Positions 36,859-45,088 of a DNA stretch of 64,000 nt are shown piece by piece; within the stretch, counting starts at the first letter, position 1; each line of letters begins with the position of its first letter. Origin of the DNA: Candidatus Woesebacteria bacterium (GTDB lineage: Bacteria; Patescibacteriota; Microgenomatia; UBA8517); contig CP055308.1 in assembly GCA_013374855.1 (NCBI GenBank), positions 465,833-529,832 of the forward strand, read 5' to 3'. The position numbers and the translations under genes were made by a program. Below the pieces are notes generated by a model. The model ran no database searches and was not told the DNA's origin. It was given only the letters and a program-made list of their open reading frames with translations.

Positions 36859-38514
36859 ATGGTCAAAAGAAGAATTTTTGATTTGAACTATTTTTTCCTT
36901 GAGGGGAAAAGGCCTTATTTTTGGATTGTTTTTTTAATCCTTTTTGTTTATGGTAGGAGCATCTTTTTTGGATTTTCATACTTTGATGATAATGTGTTGA
37001 TTTTAGACAATCTGTTTTTTCTCCGCGATATTTCTAATTTATTCAAATCATTTACAATGGAGGTATTTCATGTTTTGCATTTTTCAGCTGCTTATTACAG
37101 ACCCATGTTGACTGTTTCTTATATGTTTGATGCTTTGATTTCTGGCGATAGCCCTTTTGTTTATCATCTAACGAGTCTAATAGTTCATGTTCTTGTTTCT
37201 TTTTCTCTTTTCTATTTTCTTTCGATACTTGGATTTAGGAAGGAGTTTTCTTTTTTTGCCGCGGTGTTTTTTTCAATTCATCCAGTTCTATCTCAGGCAG
37301 TTGTTTGGATTCCGGGAAGAAATGATTCTCTTCTTGCCCTTTTTGTACTTTTAAGTTCTATTTTCTTAATAAAATTTGCAGATGAGAAAGAGTTAAAATT
37401 TTTTTGGCTTTCATCTTTATTTTTTTTCCTAGCTCTTTTTACAAAGGAATCGGCTCTTTTATTTCCCTTTCTTCTTGCTTTTTATTTCCTACTTTTGGCA
37501 GACAAAGATAAAAAGAAGTCTTTTGTTAAAATTTCTCCGCTTTTGTTTCTTGTATGGGGGGCGATTTTTTTCTTATGGTTTTATCTAAGAAGCATTGCCT
37601 TGTCTGATAATCCTCTTCGTTATTCTTTCTTTGATTCTATAAATCAGATTTATAGAAATCTACCAGCGGTTTTGCTTTTTTTGGGTAAGGTGTTTTTACC
37701 ATTTAATCTTTCTGTTTTACCAACTTTAGTTGATTCTGGTCTTTTCTATGGCTATATCTCTTTTGTGTTTTTTGTTTTATTGATTATTTTTTCCAAAAAC
37801 AAAAATTGGAAATGGATACTTTTTGGTATTCTTTGGTTTTTGGTTTTTCTTCTTCCTTCTTTTGTGAGACCCTCTGATTTTATGCCTGATTTCTTAGAAC
37901 ACAGAATTTATCTTCCTATAATTGGTCTGTTTTTTATTTTTTCTCAAATATCTTTTGTTTATAATATTTCTTTTTCTGGAGGGAAAAGCTTTGTATTATT
38001 GGGTATTATATTGTCTTTTTCGTTTATTAACTTTTTTCATATAGGTAATTTTAAGGATAGGATTTCTTTTTGGGAGTCGGCAGTTAAAACTTCTCCTTCT
38101 CATCCTCTAGCACATAGAAACTTGGGAGCCGTGTATTACCTTGAGGGGGATTTAGACAGAGCTTATAAAGAGTTTCAAAAAACTTTAGAGATTAATTCCA
38201 ACGAACCAATGGTACACAATAATTTAGGTCTGATCTATTTAAGAATGGGTGATTATGATAGGGCGGAGGAAGAGTTTAATCAAGAATTAAAAATTAATCC
38301 GCTTTATGATAATTCTCTTTTTAACTTAGGGCTTTTGTATTGGAAAAGGGGTGAAAAAGAAAAAGCTGCTCAGATGTGGTTGAAAACAGTTTCAGTTAAC
38401 CCTGATCATAAGGACGCTTTGGCGGCTTTGTCCGTTTATTATAAGGAGGTGGGTGATATCACAAAAGCTGAGTATTATTATAATCAGGCAGTTTTGCGGG
38501 GATCTTCTTTCTAG
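36859..38514 (+). CDS. TMTC-like polytopic membrane protein (GT-C-type, DUF1736-like) with C-terminal TPR repeats
   Basis: About 370 aa with more than ten TM helices and an early FDDNVLILDN loop motif, followed by four or five TPR repeats (AHRNLGAVYYLEGDLDRAYKEFQKTLEIN, HNNLGLIYLRMGDYDRAEEEF, FNLGLLYWKRGEKEKAAQMW). Confidence 0.6.
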   Translation: MVKRRIFDLNYFFLEGKRPYFWIVFLILFVYGRSIFFGFSYFDDNVLILDNLFFLRDISNLFKSFTMEVFHVLHFSAAYYRPMLTVSYMFDALISGDSPFVYHLTSLIVHVLVSFSLFYFLSILGFRKEFSFFAAVFFSIHPVLSQAVVWIPGRNDSLLALFVLLSSIFLIKFADEKELKFFWLSSLFFFLALFTKESALLFPFLLAFYFLLLADKDKKKSFVKISPLLFLVWGAIFFLWFYLRSIALSDNPLRYSFFDSINQIYRNLPAVLLFLGKVFLPFNLSVLPTLVDSGLFYGYISFVFFVLLIIFSKNKNWKWILFGILWFLVFLLPSFVRPSDFMPDFLEHRIYLPIIGLFFIFSQISFVYNISFSGGKSFVLLGIILSFSFINFFHIGNFKDRISFWESAVKTSPSHPLAHRNLGAVYYLEGDLDRAYKEFQKTLEINSNEPMVHNNLGLIYLRMGDYDRAEEEFNQELKINPLYDNSLFNLGLLYWKRGEKEKAAQMWLKTVSVNPDHKDALAALSVYYKEVGDITKAEYYYNQAVLRGSSF

Positions 38515-38565
38515 ATTGTTTTTTATTATAAAACTTTATCAATGAAGTTTCTTAATTTTGGTTAT

Positions 38566-39753
38566 TTATTCATACCTTATTGCCTCAATTGGAGAAAGTT
38601 TTGCTGCGCGACGGGCTGGAAAGACCCCAAAGAAAATTCCGATAAACGATGAGACACCAACAGCAACAATAACAGCTATTAGATTAATGGAAAGAGGAAA
38701 GAAAGGTCTTACAATCACTACAATTCCAATTGCTATTAGAAGCCCCATAATTCCACCAAAAGCAGAAAGAAGAACAGACTCTGCCATAAATTGGACCAGT
38801 ATATCCTTTTCAGTGGCACCAATCGCTCGCCTTATACCAATTTCTTTGATTCTTTCGGTTACTGAGGCATACATTATATTCATAATACCAACTCCTCCTA
38901 CAATAAGTGAAATAGAACCTATTGCCACAAGAACAATGTTTAGGACATTAAATATCTGATTTATTGTGGAAAGAATTTCTGCTTGTTCGCTTACAGTGAA
39001 TTTGTCTTCGTCGTATCTTTTTAAAAGTGTATCTTTTACTTTTTTCTTGGCTACTTGAATATCTTTTTCTGATTCAACTCCTAAGTTTATTCCCCAAAAA
39101 GTTTTGTCTGGATTTATTGCTCCATAAGTTGATCTAAAAGGAACAACAATGCTTAAGTCTTCTTCGCTATTTCCTTTTTTTTCGGATACCCCTATTACTT
39201 TAAATCTTTGTTTTTCTATTCTTACAGTTTTTTCTAGGGCGTTTTCGGGGCTTTCAAATAATTTTTCTGCTATAGAATAACCCAATACTGCTACTTTAGC
39301 TTTTGACTGATTGTCTGAAGAGTTAAATTGCTTTCCGACTAGAGTTTTGACATTTCTTAGTTTGAAGAAATCTTCATTTACTCCTCGAATGTATGCAAAC
39401 TCTTTCTTGTTATTTGCCTCTACACTTGTGGCCTTAAAGAAAACAGGAACTACATATTTAAGCTCGTTTATTTTCTCAAGTGCTTTTATGTCTTTTTCGT
39501 CAAATTTAGTATTGTTTATTAATCCTGCCCCAAAACCTTGTCCAAATCCACTTCCAGGAAGAACTGTTATCAAGTTTGCTCCCAAGCTTTCAAATTGTTG
39601 TTTAATATAGTTTTTTATTCCAAGACCAAGCGCAATAAGCAAAACTACAGCCAAAACCCCAATGGTTATTCCAAGCGAGGTAAGGAAAGTTCGTATTTTA
39701 TTCCGTCCAAAGTCTGAAATTGCTGCTTTTATTATGTCTTTGTACCCATTCAT
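38566..39753 (-). CDS. ABC transporter permease, MacB/FtsX-domain family (module 1)
   Basis: N-terminal TM, periplasmic domain of about 200 aa, and three C-terminal TM helices with an FtsX-type motif (ASVTERIKEIGIRRAIGA). Confidence 0.85.
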   Translation of the reverse strand: MNGYKDIIKAAISDFGRNKIRTFLTSLGITIGVLAVVLLIALGLGIKNYIKQQFESLGANLITVLPGSGFGQGFGAGLINNTKFDEKDIKALEKINELKYVVPVFFKATSVEANNKKEFAYIRGVNEDFFKLRNVKTLVGKQFNSSDNQSKAKVAVLGYSIAEKLFESPENALEKTVRIEKQRFKVIGVSEKKGNSEEDLSIVVPFRSTYGAINPDKTFWGINLGVESEKDIQVAKKKVKDTLLKRYDEDKFTVSEQAEILSTINQIFNVLNIVLVAIGSISLIVGGVGIMNIMYASVTERIKEIGIRRAIGATEKDILVQFMAESVLLSAFGGIMGLLIAIGIVVIVRPFFPLSINLIAVIVAVGVSSFIGIFFGVFPARRAAKLSPIEAIRYE

Positions 39754-39754
39754 A

Positions 39755-40444
39755 TTAAAGATATTTTTTCACTATTTGTCCGTCTTTTATGAAAATCTGC
39801 CTTTTTGTTTTCTTTGCTACCTCTCTTTCGTGGGTAACAATAACTACAGTGACTCCAAAATCTTTATTTAATTCTTTTAATAAATTTAGAATTTCCTCTC
39901 CAGTTTTAGAGTCAAGATTTCCTGTCGGCTCGTCGGCTAGGATTAGTTTGGGTTTGGTAATTAAGGCTCGTGCGATAGCTACCCGCTGTTGTTGTCCGCC
40001 TGAAATTTTGTTGGGGAAGAAGTTTCTTCTTTCGTAAATTCCAAACCTTTTCATTAAGTAGTCAGCTCTTTCTTCAGGGTCGAATTCAATTTTTGTTTTT
40101 GAATACTTAATTGGCAAGAGTATGTTTTCTTTTACAGTATACCTGTTTATTAGATTAAACGATTGAAAAACAAAACCAATGTACCTGTTTCTTAGATGAG
40201 AAAGCTCGTTGTCATCTAGTTTGGATACATCTTTACCATCAATTATAATTTTTCCTTTGGTTGGTTTTTCCAAAAGTCCCATTAAGTACATTAGAGTAGA
40301 TTTGCCCGATCCTGAAGACCCCAAAATAGAAAGAAATTCTTTTTCTTTTATTTCAAGATTTATATTGCAAACTGCTTTTACTTCCTCATTCCCAAGTTGA
40401 TAGCTTTTGCAGACATTTACTAGTTTAATCATAGAGGATTTCAC
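39755..40444 (-). CDS. ABC transporter ATP-binding protein, MacB/LolD-type (module 1)
   Basis: Walker A GSSGSGKST, signature [15 protein letters not shown], Walker [12 protein letters not shown]. Confidence 0.9.
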   Translation of the reverse strand: MKSSMIKLVNVCKSYQLGNEEVKAVCNINLEIKEKEFLSILGSSGSGKSTLMYLMGLLEKPTKGKIIIDGKDVSKLDDNELSHLRNRYIGFVFQSFNLINRYTVKENILLPIKYSKTKIEFDPEERADYLMKRFGIYERRNFFPNKISGGQQQRVAIARALITKPKLILADEPTGNLDSKTGEEILNLLKELNKDFGVTVVIVTHEREVAKKTKRQIFIKDGQIVKKYL

Positions 40445-41453
40445 CTTCTTTTAAGCCTTCTTCTATTTCTGTAAATTCTTCTCCTTCAAGCCCTGTTTTT
40501 ATGTAAGTTTTGTTTTTAATTGAGCCCACATGAACATATTTACCTTTGTTGTCTGCTTTGATAAATGCCGATGGGGCATATAAAACATTTTCTTTTTTGG
40601 CAAGGGATATTCTCAAATCTCCTGTCATTCCAATTTTGACTGTGTCTTTTAATTCTTCCTTGTTTTCTAACTTAACTTTAATTTTATAAACCGCTCCTTG
40701 TTCTTCAATTGAAGGTGTGAGACTAACAAAACTTATTTTTCCAACTATTTTTTTGTCAGGAAATGAGTCAAGAACAATTTCTACATTTTCGTCCTTTTTG
40801 ATTTTTATAATCTCGTCTTGATCTGCAGTTGCTTCAAAGTAAATTGTTTCAGGGTTTATGATTTCTACTTGGAGTTCTCCTACTGGAATATTTACAAGCG
40901 GATATGGGTGTGCTACATAGGTTACAATTCCAGAAAACGGAGCAATAAGAGTTGCGTTATCCAGATTGTATTTAGCAATCCTTAATGAGTCATAAGCATT
41001 GTCTTTTGCAACTTCACTTGAAGTTCTTGTTGCCTTTTGAGCAAAAGTTTCTGTTGTATCTTTTCCTTGTAGTGAATCATAAGTTGCTTCAAGATTTGCT
41101 TCGTAAAGTCTGATGTTATTGAGCGCTTGCTGGTATGCGGCAGCAAGCGGTGTCTTGTCAAGAGAGGCTAAAGCTTGTCCTTTTCTAACAAAATCTCCCT
41201 CTTTAACACCAATCCATGCAAGTTTTCCTGATGTTGGAAAAAATAATTTTGCATCTTCCTCGGCTTTTATTTGTCCTGAAAGTACTAAATCTTGGCTTAC
41301 AGTTCCTCTCTTGACTTCAAATTTTTCAGCTGACAGTTCTTTTTTCTTTGATTGGAAGAAATTTATTCCAATAACAAGCCCAATAACCAACAAGGATAAA
41401 GCTAAAAATATTCTAATTATTTTTCTTTTGAAAATTTTACCTGCCGTTTTCAT
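40425..41453 (-). CDS. HlyD/MacA-family periplasmic adaptor subunit (module 1)
   Basis: TM anchor, coiled-coil hairpin, lipoyl and beta-barrel regions. The track ORF extends to 41540, but the ATG at 41453 (MKTAGKIF) is preferred because the extension covers a terminator hairpin. Confidence 0.8.
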   Translation of the reverse strand: MKTAGKIFKRKIIRIFLALSLLVIGLVIGINFFQSKKKELSAEKFEVKRGTVSQDLVLSGQIKAEEDAKLFFPTSGKLAWIGVKEGDFVRKGQALASLDKTPLAAAYQQALNNIRLYEANLEATYDSLQGKDTTETFAQKATRTSSEVAKDNAYDSLRIAKYNLDNATLIAPFSGIVTYVAHPYPLVNIPVGELQVEIINPETIYFEATADQDEIIKIKKDENVEIVLDSFPDKKIVGKISFVSLTPSIEEQGAVYKIKVKLENKEELKDTVKIGMTGDLRISLAKKENVLYAPSAFIKADNKGKYVHVGSIKNKTYIKTGLEGEEFTEIEEGLKEGEILYD

Positions 41454-41477
41454 AACGCCAAGTATTTTATTACTTTT

Positions 41478-41545
41478 GAAGATAAAAATAAAGAAGCGGG
41501 TGTTGAATTGATAGGCAAAGTCGGTTCTACCAACCAACACCCGCT
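41478..41545 (-). terminator. intrinsic terminator candidate downstream of 41558..41950
   Basis: On the minus strand, AGCGGGTGTTG ...29 nt... CAACACCCGCT forms an 11-bp GC-rich stem and is followed by TTCTTTATTTTTATCTT. Confidence 0.45.
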
Positions 41546-41557
41546 AAAATTCTTGCC

Positions 41558-41950
41558 TTAATAGGTTCTTGTAATGCCTATTAAGAACAAGACTTCTTCT
41601 TGAAATGCCAACCGCGTTGCTTTAAGTAAGGACTCGCCCCCGCCATTATCGTACCGAGCTAGCCCCAAAGATATTAGCCTTTGGCTGGGACAACCCTGTT
41701 GAGGTTTTCCCCATTTTAGGCCATTACAATCACTTCTTAGCTTTTGAAGGAGTTGGACACAATCTTGGCCTAAATATCTTCTTAGGGTATCTTTTATTTT
41801 TCTTTCTTCTTCTAGGCTGATGTGATCTCTGTCTGTACTAATGGCCTCCTCTACAATTTCTTGGATTTTTTTCCGGATTGGTCCTTCTTGCATTGATTCG
41901 ATCCATAATTGCAGAAGGGTGATACTGATTAATTTTTGTCTTATAATCAT
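41558..41950 (-). CDS. hypothetical protein (130 aa), locally GC-richer
   Basis: Intact ORF with a protein-like sequence including a Cys pair; no motif recognised. Confidence 0.4.
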   Translation of the reverse strand: MIIRQKLISITLLQLWIESMQEGPIRKKIQEIVEEAISTDRDHISLEEERKIKDTLRRYLGQDCVQLLQKLRSDCNGLKWGKPQQGCPSQRLISLGLARYDNGGGESLLKATRLAFQEEVLFLIGITRTY

Positions 41951-42043
41951 GGAATCCTCCTTAGATAAAGATTTAAGGTGCGAGTACGAAGGATTTTATC
42001 ATTATTTTGATTTTTTTCAATAGGTTTGTTTAAATTAGGTTGT

Positions 42044-42724
42044 ATGTTTTTGCTGATAGATAAACCAAAGGGTTTAACTTCTTTTGAAGTTGTTGCTAGT
42101 TTAAGAAAAATAATAGGTGAAAAAAAGATTGGCCATTCTGGAACTTTGGACCCTCTAGCCACAGGTCTTTTGATAGTTGGTGTTGGCAAAGATTCAACTA
42201 AAAAATTAAGTTCTTTTCTGAAAGAGGATAAAGAGTATGAGGCGCTTATTGTTCTTGGAGAAGAAAGAGATACAGATGATGTGTTGGGGCAAAGGAGAAA
42301 TATTGTTTTTAAAAGCGAAATACCCTCAGAAGAAGAATTATTAGTGGCTTTGAATAGTTTCTTGGGGAAGATAAAACAAGTTCCTCCTTTGTTTTCCGCT
42401 ATTAAGATATCTGGTAAAAAAGCTTATGATTTGGCAAGAGTAGGTAAAGAAATTAGTCTTAAACCAAGGGAAGTGGTGATTTATTCAATAAAACTGCTTG
42501 ATTATAGATATCCGGAGGTATTTATTTATTGCAAAGTATCTTCTGGTGCCTATATTCGCTCTTTAGCTCGTGATTTAGGAAGAGTGCTGAAGACAGGAGC
42601 TTATGTGAAAGAATTAAGAAGATTAGCGATTGGGAAATGTAAGGTTTCAGAAGCAGTTGGTCTGGATGAAATTAGTTCTTCTAACTGGAAAAGCTTTACT
42701 AAAAAATATTCGGATTTGTGTTAA
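42044..42724 (+). CDS. truB: tRNA pseudouridine(55) synthase
   Basis: LLIDKPKGLTSFEVVASLRKI...GHSGTLDPLATGLLIVGVG (catalytic Asp motif). The track start is 42026; the ATG at 42044 is preferred. Confidence 0.9.
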   Translation: MFLLIDKPKGLTSFEVVASLRKIIGEKKIGHSGTLDPLATGLLIVGVGKDSTKKLSSFLKEDKEYEALIVLGEERDTDDVLGQRRNIVFKSEIPSEEELLVALNSFLGKIKQVPPLFSAIKISGKKAYDLARVGKEISLKPREVVIYSIKLLDYRYPEVFIYCKVSSGAYIRSLARDLGRVLKTGAYVKELRRLAIGKCKVSEAVGLDEISSSNWKSFTKKYSDLC

Positions 42725-42739
42725 TATTTGGTTTAGCTT

Positions 42740-43480
42740 ATGAATTACCTGGAAGTCTTTATTCTTGGCTTGGTTCAAGGTTTAACAGAATTTTTACCTG
42801 TTTCTTCTTCGGCACATCTTGCCATACTGCAGTCCTTTTTTCCTCAGTTTTCACAGCCTGGGGTTTTGCTCGATGCACTTCTTCATTTGGGAACTCTTTT
42901 TGCAATTATTTTTTATTTTAAGAAGGATATATTTAAACTAAAAATTTCTTATATATTTTTTTTGGTTTTGGGAACCCTACCTGCTGTAGTGGTGGGTTTT
43001 CTATTTTCTGATTTTATAGAATCTCTTTTTTCAAACATTAAACTTATTGGTTTTGCGCTTCTTTTAACTGCTTTGTTTAATTTTTATTCAGATAAATTGC
43101 CTTATGGTGAAAAAGATCTAGATAAAAAAAACTCGGTTTTTATTGGTATTTTTCAGGCTTTGGCAATAATCCCGGGTGTGTCTCGATCTGGTTCTACTAT
43201 TTTTGCTGGTATTTTATCTGGTATTTCCAAAAGTGAGGCAGCAAGGTTTTCTTTTTTGCTTTCGGTGCCTGCGGTTCTTGGAGCAAATTTGCTACAATTT
43301 TTAAAGTACGGATTAAATTCTGATTACAATTTTGGTCTTTACTTTTTCGGTTTTTTAATGAGCTTTGTTTTTGGGCTTTTGGGGATTTATCTTGCTTTTC
43401 GATTTTTGCTTTCAAGGAATTTTAAGGTTTTTTCCTTTTATTGCTTTATTCTTGGAATTTTAGCAATATTTTTTCTCTAG
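42740..43480 (+). CDS. uppP: undecaprenyl-diphosphate phosphatase
   Basis: GLVQGLTEFLPVSSSAHL and GVSRSGSTIFAGILSG motifs; eight TM helices. Confidence 0.9.
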   Translation: MNYLEVFILGLVQGLTEFLPVSSSAHLAILQSFFPQFSQPGVLLDALLHLGTLFAIIFYFKKDIFKLKISYIFFLVLGTLPAVVVGFLFSDFIESLFSNIKLIGFALLLTALFNFYSDKLPYGEKDLDKKNSVFIGIFQALAIIPGVSRSGSTIFAGILSGISKSEAARFSFLLSVPAVLGANLLQFLKYGLNSDYNFGLYFFGFLMSFVFGLLGIYLAFRFLLSRNFKVFSFYCFILGILAIFFL

Positions 43481-43842
43481 AGTATAGATTGTAATTTTGG
43501 AAGAAATATCATAAGCCCCACGATAGCAGCAGTAATAGCTGACACTAGTACCGCGCTTGCAGCAACATCTTTGGCCAGTTTGGCAGTTGGTTTTATTTCA
43601 GGACTTACTAAATCTACAAGTGCTTCAAGCATTGTGTTTATAAGCTCAAGTGTTATGACAAGGGATATTGTTAGAATGATGATGGCAAATTCTAGGGTTT
43701 TTAGTTTCAGGATTATTCCTAAAGAAACAGCAATAATGGCAAATAACAAATGAATTCTTAAATTTGGTTCATTCTTGAAAGCAGATCTTAGCCCTTCAAA
43801 GGCAAAAGAAAAACTTTTTGAAGTTGAGTGTTTTTTGCTCAT
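43477..43842 (-). CDS. dgkA: diacylglycerol kinase family (DgkA / undecaprenol kinase-like)
   Basis: 121 aa, three TM helices, conserved SFSFAFEGLRSAFKNEPNLRIH and LEALVDL motifs. Confidence 0.8.
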   Translation of the reverse strand: MSKKHSTSKSFSFAFEGLRSAFKNEPNLRIHLLFAIIAVSLGIILKLKTLEFAIIILTISLVITLELINTMLEALVDLVSPEIKPTAKLAKDVAASAVLVSAITAAIVGLMIFLPKLQSIL

Positions 43843-43885
43843 CTTATTGAAATCACATTGTTTTTTAGTTTATCATTTGTTTATT

Positions 43886-44560
43886 ATGTATTCAAAGAGA
43901 ATCTTGCTGTTTTTTTTACCTCTTTTGTTTTTGGTTTTTACTATTATTGCTTTGAGACAGAATGAAGGAAGGCTCTATGAATTTGGATGCTGTAGGCAAA
44001 TTAATTATTCGGGGCAGATTAATCCTAATGAAAACACAGGAATATTTGATGGCAAGGAGGTTGAAGTTCCTCAGATTGTTTTGCAAGAAGACGATTTTCG
44101 AGTAGCTAGTGTTCTTGGGGTAACGAGTGGTGAGAAAAGGATTGAGGTAAGCCTTCTTGAGCAAAAACTTAGGGCCTGGGAGGGGGACAAGTTATTTCTG
44201 GAAACACCTGTTTCTACGGGTTTGAGTTGGTGGCCAACACCGAAGGGTGAGTTTAGAATTTGGATTAAACTTCGCGCAACCAAGATGGAAGGAGGTTCTG
44301 GCAGGAATTATTACAATCTCCCCAATGTTCCATATACAATGTTTTTTGAGAACGATAAGATTCCTCGGTGGAAGGGTTATGGAATTCATGGTGCTTATTG
44401 GCACAATGATTTTGGGAGACCCAGGAGCCATGGGTGTGTGAATTTGCCTGTAGATGCTGCAAGGAAGCTTTATTATTGGGCAGACCCCAAATTGCCTGAA
44501 GGTAAAAATTCAGTTCTGGCAACGAGTGATAACCCTGGCACAAGAATAATTATTTACTAG
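43886..44560 (+). CDS. L,D-transpeptidase (YkuD domain) with N-terminal signal anchor
   Basis: Catalytic block GIHGAYWHNDFGRPRSHGCVNLP (His...SHGC). The track start is 43775, but the ATG at 43886 avoids overlap with dgkA and gives a clean signal peptide. Confidence 0.8.
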   Translation: MYSKRILLFFLPLLFLVFTIIALRQNEGRLYEFGCCRQINYSGQINPNENTGIFDGKEVEVPQIVLQEDDFRVASVLGVTSGEKRIEVSLLEQKLRAWEGDKLFLETPVSTGLSWWPTPKGEFRIWIKLRATKMEGGSGRNYYNLPNVPYTMFFENDKIPRWKGYGIHGAYWHNDFGRPRSHGCVNLPVDAARKLYYWADPKLPEGKNSVLATSDNPGTRIIIY

Positions 44561-44568
44561 CTTAATGA

Positions 44569-45042
44569 TTGCCTGTTTGCATGTTATATAGACTTTTTGT
44601 TACATTCTTGGCGAGCTTTTTGATATGGATTATGTTTTTGATCATTTTTTTGTTTTTTTTGAGGAAAAAAAGGGTAAGAGCTAAAGTTTATTTTTTTGTT
44701 TTCTTTTCTGTTGTCTTAAGTTGGATAGTTTCACAGATGGTTAAAGATCTTTTTTTTACTATCCGTCCTTTTAAGATAAATGGCTTCCCGCCTCTTACTA
44801 TAACTAACCCCTCTGATAATTCTTTTCCGTCAGGGCACACTGCTTCCGCCTTTGCTCTCGCCACAGCCATTTTTCTTATCAACAAAAAATTGGGAGTTTT
44901 AATGTTTGTGCTTTCTTCTTTGGTAGGTTTGGGTAGAGTACTGAGCAATGTTCACTATCCTCTAGATGTTTTAGGTGGATTGGTGCTTGGTATTTTTGTT
45001 CCTCTGTTTTTGGAGGATTTATTTTTAAAAATAAGGAAGTAA
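44569..45042 (+). CDS. PAP2-family membrane phosphatase (PgpB/undecaprenyl-diphosphatase-like)
   Basis: PAP2 motifs KDLFFTIRP, PSGHTASAF and SNVHYPLDVLGG. Confidence 0.8.
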   Translation: MPVCMLYRLFVTFLASFLIWIMFLIIFLFFLRKKRVRAKVYFFVFFSVVLSWIVSQMVKDLFFTIRPFKINGFPPLTITNPSDNSFPSGHTASAFALATAIFLINKKLGVLMFVLSSLVGLGRVLSNVHYPLDVLGGLVLGIFVPLFLEDLFLKIRK

Positions 45043-45088
45043 ATAACCCTTGACTTTTAGCAGACAATAGTTTAGACTGCTAAAACAC

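Noticed and set aside
40425-41540. Long N-terminal extension of the MacA-like ORF (MLVGRTDFAYQFNTRFFIFIF...)
   Set aside because: The extension is the reverse reading of the terminator hairpin and A/T tract. The ATG at 41453 gives a normal signal-anchor N-terminus.
41560-41960. Possible structured ncRNA (SRP RNA, tmRNA, RNase P RNA) suggested by GC-rich, hairpin-rich DNA
   Set aside because: None of the conserved motifs I checked on either strand is present: GGAAGCAGCC of SRP domain IV, GGAUUCGA/UCCACCA of tmRNA, GGAAAGUCCGGGCUCC of RNase P P4. The 130-codon ORF is intact with a non-repetitive protein sequence. I kept it as CDS with a separate terminator.
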